Shown here one piece after another: positions 24,907-34,996 of a DNA stretch of 64,000 nucleotides. A program made the translations under genes and the position numbers. The DNA comes from Oikopleura dioica (lineage: Eukaryota; Animalia; Chordata): contig OU015568.1 of the NCBI GenBank assembly GCA_907165135.1, positions 13,888,001 through 13,952,000 on the forward strand, read 5' to 3'. The notes beneath the pieces are model-generated. The model made no database searches. It saw only the letters and a list, made by a program, of their open reading frames with translations, and was not told where the DNA came from. Every line of letters starts with the position of its first letter. The first letter of the stretch is position 1.

Positions 24907-27900
24907 ACGGCCATAAACATGCCATTTTCAACTTTTGTCCAAACTATAGATCCGCTTCTTCAGACCTAAAATTCATCAACGTCATTGTCGAAAACTTTCA
25001 GTATCCAGCCTTGATCGATAGCGGCTGCACCCGAACTTGCATTAAAAACACCCTCCCTTTTGTTCGTAAAACAAGAAGTTCTGATGTTGAACTCTTGGTC
25101 GCAAATGATGAAATAGTGCGCCCAAGAGTAATGTGCTCACCGGTCAAAATCACGGTCCCTTCTGATAATGGTAAATTTACCCTAGACCCCTTACCTTTGG
25201 TTGTTTCGAACCTATCCTGTCCAATAATTCTAGGACTTGACGTCCTTAAAAACGTCTCATTTTGCGATGGTGAGAACTTTATCACCCTTGAAAAACATCG
25301 GGTAAAAACAATTAACCCATCAATCTTCTCGAAACAATCAACGAAAGTCTCAGCAATTATCGAGGTTGACCTAAACTCTGACCTTGAATCAAAATCGCTT
25401 GAGAACTTTCAATCAGTGCGTGAAGCACAAGCGAAAAGGGCGAATTTCGTACCTGAAATTGGGAATTACGGGGATGCTTCTCGAAATGAAAACTTTCACT
25501 CCAGGGTCTAACCGAAAAATATAAACTTGCGTTTTCTATGTCACCAGATGATCTTGGCAAGTTACATGGATTCAGATTCGCGCTTCCAACGCATGACGAA
25601 TCTCTGTCAAGCCACCAACCTCCGAGACCGATCCCAGTTCACTTGCGTGATCAAGTTGAAACCGAAATCAACAACTGGAAAAATCTTGGAATCATAGAAG
25701 AGACCCAGTCTGATTTTAACATCCCCCTCATTATTCTCAAAAGCCCGATAAAACAATTCGAATTTCGCTTGATGCTCGTGGGTTAAACAAGCTTCTAAAG
25801 CTAGATCGGTTCCCACTTCCCCACATGCTATCAGTAATGACTAGAATAGGTGAAAACTCACAAAAGGAGATGCATGTTACATAAGTAGTCTTGATTACCA
25901 CCGTGGCTACTGGCAAGTACAGTGCGCTTCATCTGACTCGCATAAACTTGCCTTCAGCTTTGGTAACAAGCACTACCAAGCAAACAGAATGCTTTATGGA
26001 ACAGCAACAGCTCCGAGTGCGTTTTCAAGAATTATGTCAAAACTCATGAACCATCCCTCGATCATCATTTATTTGTATGATTTGATTGTTATTGACAATT
26101 CTTTCGAAAATCACCTCAAAACACTCGAATTCATTTTCAAACAGTGCCAAAATCACGGACTTCTACTAAGCGCAAAAAGTGCAATTTATGCATGCGTGAA
26201 ACAGATTTCCTTGGGCACAGAATTTCGAGACAGGGAATCCAACCATCAGATAAGCACATTGCAGCAATACAGAAAATTACTGTACCAACATCTAGAAAAG
26301 AACTTAAACGCTACTTGGGAATGGTCACTTTCAATGCAAAATATGTCAAAGACGCATCCATAATTCTTGCGCCTTTGTATGAGCTCACAAGCCTGAAAAA
26401 GAATTCAACTGGACGAGTAAACACCAGCAGGCTTTCGAAAACATGAATCAAAAGCTCAAAGAAAACCAACACTTGGCCATTTTAAACTCGGCGCGAAGCT
26501 TCTTCTCGTGACCGACAGCTCAGGGCGAAGTGTTGGCGGGACCCTCTACCAATATCAAAATGAAAAACTAGTTGTTATTGGTTATTTTTCAAAAGCTCTC
26601 ACGGGTCCTGATCTGAAAAGAAGCATGCGGGTAAAGGAACTCTTTGCGTTAACTTGGGGAATCAAATATTTCGAGTTTTACCTCCTCAATACAGAGTTCG
26701 ATTGTGTTGTAGACCACAAAAGCCTGCTCTTTCTTTTCAAGGAACAACAACAGTCCAATTTGGATATCAAACTCACCAATATCCACTGCTATCTCCAGCA
26801 GTTTGATTTCACAATCATCCACAAGCCGGAAACAGCCCGATCATGGCAAGTGCGGATTACTTTTCTCGCCTTCCAAGATCAAAAAGCTCCGACTTAGAGG
26901 ACGATTCGGTGAACTTTGAGCTCCTTCCAGAACGCGTCTGTATGTTCCATCTCATCAAAAATGATGAAAATGAGGTTATTTTCTCTTTCGGTTCCGAGAA
27001 AATAACAAAAACAAAAATGAGGGAGTTGCAAAAAGAGTGCAACCTCACCAAAAATAAGCTCATTAAAGTGGAGAAATACAAAAAATCAAGATTCTCGCTC
27101 AAAGACGGAATCTTGTTCTCCAAAAATAAACTTGTTATCCCAGACCAACTTGCAAATGAATTCATACAGTACCTGCACTGTATAACGGGACATGCTGGTG
27201 CGCAGCAATTAAACCAAATGTGCCAAAAATTTTTCATAAGTAATATCCAAATGAAACTTAGAGCCGTAACGAGCTCTTGCCCCACTTGCATTCAATTTAA
27301 ACCGATCAAAAAGCTCAAACCATCAATGATCGAGCGACGCAACTTCGAGTCAGTTCCTTTTGAGAAAACTTTTCTCGACCTTGTCGACTATGGAAGAGTT
27401 GACTCATCAAACAAAAGGTATCTGCTGACTTGTTGCGACTCGCTTACCGGGTTTCTAGACGGTTTACCATTGGGAACAAAAAGTGACAAAACTGTCGCGC
27501 AAGCGATCCTCACTCTTGTTCTCAGACACGGGATCACCGAGGTTGTTGTTACTGACAACGGGCGTGAATTTGGACCGCTTTGCAAGCAAATTTTCGAGCG
27601 ATTCCAAATCCGCCACGTTACAACAACTGCATACCGATCCTGTTCAAATGGGAAAGTTGAAAGAATCCATCGCGAAATTCACATTCAACTCAAACAATTG
27701 AATGCAAATGATCGCAATTGGTCACAAAAATGGGAGCAAGCTAAATACTATCTCAATAACCTACCAAAAGCAACACTAGACGGGCTCTCAAGTAATGAAG
27801 CTCTCTACGGTAGGCCTTTTCATGTTCCTTACAAAATTGGAACATCAAATGATGGTGCCAAAGAACCATTTATCAAAGCCCTCAATGGTTATATTAAACA

Positions 27901-28408
27901 ACTGCACCCTGCGATCCAAGCGTTCCAGGTACAGAGGTACCAAAAACTCCTCCGAAAAGATAAAAATAATTGCCCAGTTCTTGAACTTGGTACCCAAGTG
28001 CTAGTCTGGAAACCAAATCTTTTTGACGGAAAATTAGGTACAAACTGGAGCGGCCCATTTTATGTTCATAAAAGAATCTCAAAAGATTCTTACATTCTAA
28101 AATGTTCACTCACACAACGTGAGTATCGCCGACACATAAGCCTGATCCGACCTCTAAAAATAAGACCGGCGACTCAACAAAATTCGTCTCGATCAATGAC
28201 GAAAACGATCAATCATCCATTCGCGATAAAAACTCAATTGTGTCTCAAAAGAAATCAAGGAAGACACCCAAATAAAAATTTCCCGCTCAACTGCGTCAAA
28301 AAGAATGCAGAAACTAAAGAGGATCCGAAAAATGAAAATAATGATCCTGTTGCGCCCCTCAAAAATGATCCTGCAAATTGGTCAAAAAGATTACGACCCC
28401 GAAAATAA
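24903..28408 (+). CDS. pol: Pol polyprotein (PR-RT-RNase H-IN), broken by several single-base frameshifts
   Basis: ALIDSGC and IILGLDVL protease; LDARGLN, SLDYHRGYWQ, MLYGTATAPSAF, YLYD and FLGH in RT; TDSS, KELFAL, VDHKSL and ADYFSR in RNase H; HHCC, D-D-E (FLDLVD, TDNGREF, SNGKVERIH) and WSGPF in integrase. Confidence 0.93.
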
Positions 28409-28414
28409 GTTCCT

Positions 28415-28438
28415 AAAAGAGGAGGGGAAGGGGAGAGA
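28415..28438 (+). promoter_or_regulatory. Internal (second) polypurine tract
   Basis: 24-nt pure purine run AAAAGAGGAGGGGAAGGGGAGAGA, 6 nt after the integrase stop and followed by TG. Confidence 0.7.
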
Positions 28439-29068
28439 TGCATTGTTGGTTTGCACTCTCATGAGCCCACTGTGAAGAGAGAGCTTGTTCTTGCTCTAAG
28501 TTTACATTTTTGAAAATCTAAATTTAGCGCCATCTCAAAAGCACTAAAACTATTTTCAAAAATAGCGTGGAATGAGATATCTTGCTCTTGATATGTCTAC
28601 GCACCCGTTCCATTCTAGATCCCTGATCGATCTCTAGAATTCGTTTACTAAGGGGAGAAGTTATTACCGCCGGGACAACGATGCACTGAGTTAACCAACA
28701 CCGTACCCTAGGAATGTAAAACGATTATCTTCTTGGACCTTCGATAAGAATTTCGACTGTATGCTGGAAGTCCATCACCACCCGCTATAGCAACGTTCAA
28801 GTTCAAGTGCCATGAGCCCGCATCAGCTCATGAAAAATATCCGTGGTAAGTCAGCTTAGTCAGCAGAAGGAACCTGCTTATCAAACCCTGCCACAGCCCG
28901 CACAGCACAATTTGATGGCTACTGGACGCGTTGACCTCTACAACTGTTGGAGTCTGCTCCCAATGGGCCCAAACGGGTTCAGATTTACCTTCAGAAGCAA
29001 GTTACACGACTACAGTAGAAGCGAAAATTGCCCGCTTCGCATGCAGCTTAGTACTCGAACCCTGAGTG

Positions 29069-29461
29069 TCATCTGGTTCAGCTCGTGTGGAGAAGAACTG
29101 ATGAAAGAGACTCGAATGCTCACAAAAGAAGCAATAAAAACTCAAAAATTATGTACTCGACAGCTTATCATCAAACGAGTCTTCTCGTGTGGAGAAGAAT
29201 TGATGACTGCGATTCAAATGCTCACAGAAGATGCACCAAAATTATCATCAAACGAGTCTTCTCGTGTGGAGAAGAATTGATGACTACGATTCAAATGCTC
29301 ACAGAAGAAGCACCAAAAATTATCATCAAACGAGTCTTCTCGTGTGGAGAAGAATTGATGACTGCGATTCAAATGCTCACAGAAGAAGCATCTAAGCATC
29401 CGATTCTGCTCGTGTGGAGTAGAACTGGTGACAAAACTCAAATGCTCACAGAAGAAGCATC
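29069..29461 (+). repeat. Array of five ~77-78-nt repeats, each with two hairpins
   Basis: Core CTCGTGTGGAG(A/T)AGAA(C/T)TG(A/G)TGA...AATGCTCACA(G/A)AAGA(A/T)GCA occurs five times. Copies 2-4 are near-identical; copies 1 and 5 are diverged. Confidence 0.92.
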
Positions 29462-29547
29462 AAATATACACACAAACCAAATATCAACCGTGGGAAAATA
29501 ATTAGGCGCGGCACAGTTCGCCTTGGGGCGGCCAATAAGCACCGCGC

Positions 29548-30642
29548 ATGGCTTTGAAACGAGACTCCCTTGCCCAGTCTCAAAATACACAAGCCAAACG
29601 CAAGTTCAAGAAATTTAAAATGCCTTCCCAGGGAGCAACTACCAACCTTGACTGCCACTTCTTCCGAATGAATGACAGTGGCAAGGTAATGTTCCAACGG
29701 TATGTACTACCGTCAATCTTTGGAATTCACGTGCCAACAATCTTCCTTGACCCGAAATGGTCTCGACTACTCGATTTAACAGGAAGTATCCGGTATGCAA
29801 AAGAACGAGCCCTTGATCGACTGCAAAATCGGGCATTTCCTGAAGAAGCATTCGAAAGTATTATAGACTTTTGGAAAAACGAGTGCATGAAAGGGGAGTC
29901 CCTTCTTCGCTGGCAGACAAAGACGGCAGCTGTGGTTGAATTACTAAAGTCATTTAGGCCGATCCCGCAGTTTGCGAATGTGGTCATCAACAACTACGAA
30001 GAACACTTTTTAGCACGTCGAAAAGTCTGGCGGGAATTAGCTAACTATCCAAACTTTCAAATTGAACTTAAAGAAGCTAATTCCCTATTGGAGACTTTCC
30101 TGTCAGACTTACTCGCTAAGTTCGCCCTGCCTACCCAGTCCCAGAACCAACAAGATGAAGCCTTCTATAACGACTTAGATGACCAAGCGCAAGCAACGAT
30201 GACAACCGAGCGCAACCAGCCTGAGATGCCAGCTGCCCCACAGAATGATATGACTGAGCACCTGTCCAGACCCTTTGTGCCGATCTCGCCGACAACATCA
30301 GCCGCAACGTCTCTGTCGATGATGGAACATCCAAGAGCCCCGGATCCACAGCAACTGCCACCGACGACGTTCCCTACTAGCTCCAAAAAAGACATGGTCA
30401 CTCAGACTCAGTTGACAACTGATACCTCCCGGACGGCTAAGGCACCAGCCCAACCTCCAACGTCAGTTCCAGCGCTGAGTTATGGCCCGATGAGCTCCGC
30501 CCCGGACGTCCTTGGCAACCAAACACCTGGCGATCCGCCTCTTGACGACCCCTTTCCTTCAGCTCAATCTTCCAGCAACACTGACAGCGGCAACATGGTT
30601 GAAATGCTAGATGACAACTGGCGTGATCTGCTCTTTGGTTAA
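29548..30642 (+). CDS. Retrotransposon accessory ORF3, 364 aa, unknown function (not Env-like)
   Basis: Uninterrupted ATG-started ORF between the repeat array and the PPT; no signal peptide or clear TM segment. Confidence 0.8.
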   Translation: MALKRDSLAQSQNTQAKRKFKKFKMPSQGATTNLDCHFFRMNDSGKVMFQRYVLPSIFGIHVPTIFLDPKWSRLLDLTGSIRYAKERALDRLQNRAFPEEAFESIIDFWKNECMKGESLLRWQTKTAAVVELLKSFRPIPQFANVVINNYEEHFLARRKVWRELANYPNFQIELKEANSLLETFLSDLLAKFALPTQSQNQQDEAFYNDLDDQAQATMTTERNQPEMPAAPQNDMTEHLSRPFVPISPTTSAATSLSMMEHPRAPDPQQLPPTTFPTSSKKDMVTQTQLTTDTSRTAKAPAQPPTSVPALSYGPMSSAPDVLGNQTPGDPPLDDPFPSAQSSSNTDSGNMVEMLDDNWRDLLFG

Positions 30643-30668
30643 AATCAGGTGCAAAAGTCATAAATTCT

Positions 30669-30680
30669 AGGAGGGAGGGA
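30669..30680 (+). promoter_or_regulatory. Terminal polypurine tract
   Basis: AGGAGGGAGGGA, 2 nt before the 3' LTR. Confidence 0.9.
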
Positions 30681-30682
30681 TT

Positions 30683-31097
30683 TGTAGTGGATTAATATAT
30701 GCAAGTATGACTTCTGCAACAAAGTTGATTTCCGCCGCGCGCAATGGCCATAAAGCCATTAGCGCGCGCATTTCAAAACCACTACCACCCTCTGAATCCG
30801 CCACCACCTTCTGTCGTAAAGCGCACTCACCCGATTCCACCGCCACCCTCGGCTCGTGAGGCCCGATGAAAACTCGCCACCCGGAACGAAATGCTATAAA
30901 AAGAAGCACCCTTTTTACTCTGTGCCAGTCTGTACCAATCTGCGCCAACATCTATACCACAAATTTCTGAAAAACGAATACTGCTCCTACTGACTGTTCT
31001 GTCAGTACAATAAACGCTCCGTAGTTGTTTTCAACTACCCCCACAACAAAACGCCTTAGTCTCCAACATTTGTTATTGCATATATAAAAGCACTACA
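30683..31097 (+). repeat. 3' LTR
   Basis: Direct repeat of 22817-23231, followed by the TSD TAAT. Confidence 0.97.
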
Positions 31098-31326
31098 TAA
31101 TTCTAGTTATACACATGTTCCTGACCTTGAATGATCACGTGGCTAATTTATCTATTCTCAAGATGATTTGAAAAGGCTTAGCTCCTTATCAGAGTCATCT
31201 GACGCAAGGCGCTCTGTCCCAAATACAGACAGTACAAAGCAGCAACTCCCCGAGCATCAAAATATACTTTTCGAGTACTTTTTCAACCATTAGAAACTAA
31301 AGAGATTGCGCGTTTAAAGAAGTTCT

Positions 31327-34145
31327 ATGGATAACAGCGGCCTTCCAGAAGACATAGAGCGACTGCTGTCGTGTCCTGTCTGCTTGGATGTTTTTACTCA
31401 GCCAGTTGTGATTCTTCCTTGCCAGCACAACTTGTGCCGAAAGTGTGCGGAAGACTGCTACGACCGTCGAGGACGCGTGGTTGGTCTAAGGTAGACTTTT
31501 TCTCTGGGAAATTGATTTCATCGAGTTCAGCGGTGGAAAGTTTCAATGTCCAACATGCCGTTACGAAGTTATGGTCGATCGGCATGGTGTCTATTCTCTC
31601 CCGCGTAATTTACTTGTTGAAAACTTGATCGAAATGTACGCGGTATGTCGAACTAGAAGTGTTTTGCGATAAAATAAACACAGTTTTTGCTTAGACTCAA
31701 ATCGCCAAGAAACAACAAGCGCCGCCAGAACCGCCAAAGCCAGAGCCTGTGCGCGAGCCGACTCCTCCTCCTGCGAACAGAGTGCCCCTTTGTGAGGACC
31801 ACGAGGATGAACGAATCAACGTCTTTTGTTTGTCCTGTCAGAAACCGACATGTTCAATGTGCAAAGTCTTCGGAAAACATCAGAATTGCGATGTTATTCC
31901 AATCAAAAAGGCCTACGACGACCAAAAGAATGAACTTCGAGAACATATGGCTCGACTTGGCTCTGGAATCGAACAGATTCAGACGGTCCAAGCTGATACA
32001 GATCATTTGCGTCAGAGTGTGGAAGCTGCATCTAAACGAGCCAAGCAAGAAGTCAACCAAGCTTTCCAGCAACTTTGCGCTCTACTTGAGAAGCGGAAAA
32101 CTGCGATGATCGCGAGAATTCAGGTATAATACCAGTATATATTCAGGTATATAAAATATATTTTAATGAGTTTTTTATTATGAAAATGTTAATAGGAAGA
32201 CGTTAACGAGCGAATTGGAATTTTATCCGACATGTCGACGAGCTACAAAAAGCAACGGGACGAAATCCAGAAAGTCATGAATGATGGCTTAAAGTTGACC
32301 GAAGAGCAAGAGGCGACTGTCTTCTTGACAAAGTCTCGAACGATGATCAACAAAGTTGTGAACCAAGCTCGTGCGATGACTGAGATTCGTCCACCACAGT
32401 CAATCGTTCCAGAGCTGAAGCCATATAAAATCGATTTTGCTCGTTATCATCAGGTGCTAATAAAAATAAAACAATTTTAATGAGGATATGAAATTAAAGA
32501 TCTGCAGCCAAATCGACTTCGATAACGGGCAACGACCAGCCCAGCGCCCTGATTCCGCTCGATCTCGACTTCCATCAAATCACTCCAACAGTGACTTGAG
32601 CTGCATCCCTGGTCTTGCCCGACCACCACCGATTCCAGCGCCTACGGACGACGAGCTCTCAAATTTCCGTGCCATGGCCGACGCTTTAAAGCAGGCTGAA
32701 GACGGCTCTGGCGTATGATCCCTCACTCCGTACAGTAACATCCTACTCATCTTTACTAACCCTTTTTCATAACCCATCTCACAATGAACGGAATTTATTA
32801 TTTATTCTTACTAGAATTTAGAAACCAAACAATTCATCATCGAAATCTATTATTCAAAAGAAGATCCAATAGTCAAAAATCCAAGTGCAATTCAAAATAT
32901 CCCCATTGTCGCCCAAACAGAAGCTCAGAAGCTAGCCGAGGAGCAAGAGTCAGCGAAGTCGAATGAAGATGAGTACACTTACGAAGAAGTTGAAGTTGAG
33001 GAACTTGTCACTGACTCTGAAGGTCTTTATTGATTTTCAAAGAATATATTCAACTTGATTAGGTGAAGACAACGAAGAACCACCTAGTACAGCTCCGATA
33101 TCAGAGCATCCAATAACGGAAACAGACGATCAAATACCGGATTATGTTTTGGAATCGAGTCAAGCATCACGAATTTCTCTTCCTCGACCGCAGCAAAATG
33201 AAGATGAACGAGCATCTGTTGACTCTGGTGCAGTACAAGAAGCAATCGAAGCCTCCATTGAGGCCATTAATGAAGCTCGTAAGATAAGATTGCATTGATT
33301 TGAGTGTGATTTTAAATTAAGATCGGGATGGAAATCAAAGTTCCCGGGCTGATATGGCTGATGATGAAAATACTGAGTCAGATAGGTTGATAAACACTTA
33401 TTTTTACAGATCTGAATGAGAAAATTAAGCGCTTCGACAGAATACGAAGAAATAGAAATTGAAGTCACTGACTCAGAATACGAATCCGAATCGAATCCGG
33501 AATCTGAAGCTTCTGACTTTCAAAGCGCCAAGTCCAAGCTCGAAGAATCTCAAACTAATAATCTTGCCAAAGATTCAGAAGAAAATGACTCGGCGAATAA
33601 AGATGCCACCGACTCAACGTCAGATTCGAATTCAAAACCGTCGATTATTTACCACCCTGCTCAAAACGATGCTCGTAGTGGTATGTAAATAATTTCTTAT
33701 TAATTATTCTTAAATAACGTTTGAGAATCTTCTGGTGAATACGAAGAAATTGAGCTTGAAATCGAAGTAACCGATTCTGAAGCCTCTGATTCCGAAGACG
33801 CAGCTCAACTCGAAGACGAGGTTAAGTTTACATTCGCTTTTTCATTATTAAATCATAGAATAGGAATCGAACGATGTGAGTCTCGCTTCAGTTTCGCTCT
33901 GCCACGATACAAGCAAAGACGAAGCCAGCGACGAAGAGTTTCCACAATCAGCGCCAGCTCCAAAAGCCTCCGCCCCAATACCAATTTCAATGTCGAAAGC
34001 AAGCTCTACTTCAAATTTAGCCTCCTCATCTCCTCGTCTCCGCGGCTGGCTTTCCTCCGCTTCTCCCGGGCGATTAGACGGTGACATATACGAAAAGCGA
34101 GTTCACCCTGTCAAAACAAGAAAAAGAACCAACACTGGGCCTTAA
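31327..34145 (+). CDS. MuRF-type TRIM E3 ligase (TRIM54/55/63-like) with long acidic tail
   Basis: [55 protein letters not shown]; B-box [30 protein letters not shown]; coiled coil. The 3' acidic exons are less certain. Confidence 0.9.
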
Positions 34146-34996
34146 CCTTATTGAATCTTCTTTTTGAATAAAATATTTCATGCTGTATTGAACTCAAATA
34201 AAATATAATTTACGATTTGGGTCAGCTAATTAGATCAGTGAACTGCATATAATAAGATGAAAACCGCCTTACAAGCAGTTCAATACCTGTAACAGAAAAT
34301 GAACATTTCATTCCTACAAATATAAAGAACACGTATTGAGCACAAATATATTATTTACTGCCATGAAACGAGATGACTAAAAAGCATTCTGATAGAATTA
34401 CATCAGTGCAATATAATTTTTCTGATTTACAGGGAACACGAAATAAAAGCTCTTTTTGTCTTCAAACGTGTTTTCTGACTGCAAGATAAAGGCTTTTCAA
34501 GATGTATGGAGAACTTTGAAGCTTCTTGAAAGAGACGGGATTATAAACGAAAAACTGAATTTAAAAGTAAGGAAAAATAAAATGCATCTTATTTCGCTTT
34601 GGACGAATACTTAAGTCTTAATCGTCTCTCTTCTTTGACAGATAGGCAGCTTAATATTCAGTTCATTTATGAAGTCGAAAGCGCCGTGATTTATGTTTTC
34701 CATAATTCGAACCCTAGATGGCGTGATGTCGTCTTATGTGGCCAAGGCTACGCGCGGCTGGTGACGAGCAAGAAACCCAAGATTATAATTTCTCGCGAAT
34801 TCGGAATCTGCCTAATTTATTCGGAGAAGTGAAGGGTGTTCGCCTTGTTGATATCGCCTGTCATTCTTTTCAATATTTTTTGATCGGTCCAGCCACCAAA
34901 GAGAAAGAAGGCGAGAGCCACTATTGAGAAGAAATATTGGAATAAAGAACTGTCGTTTCTCAAAGAAGTGCTCTAATCAGGCTTAGAAATAGAGAG

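Larger units (their letters stand above)
22817..31097 (+). mobile_element. Full-length Ty3/gypsy LTR retrotransposon (Tor-like) with 3' accessory cassette
   Basis: Two 415-bp direct LTRs (TGTAGTG...CACTACA); TAAT TSD at 22813-22816 and 31098-31101; PBS; PPT; gag and PR-RT-RH-IN order. Confidence 0.97.

Noticed and set aside
29069-29461. Repeat array as CRISPR or hammerhead ribozymes
   Set aside because: There are no unique spacers or cas genes and the context is eukaryotic. Only copy 1 has CTGATGA, and no correctly placed GAAA core follows, so it is not a canonical hammerhead.
29548-30642. ORF3 as env
   Set aside because: No signal peptide, convincing TM helix or Cys-rich ectodomain.
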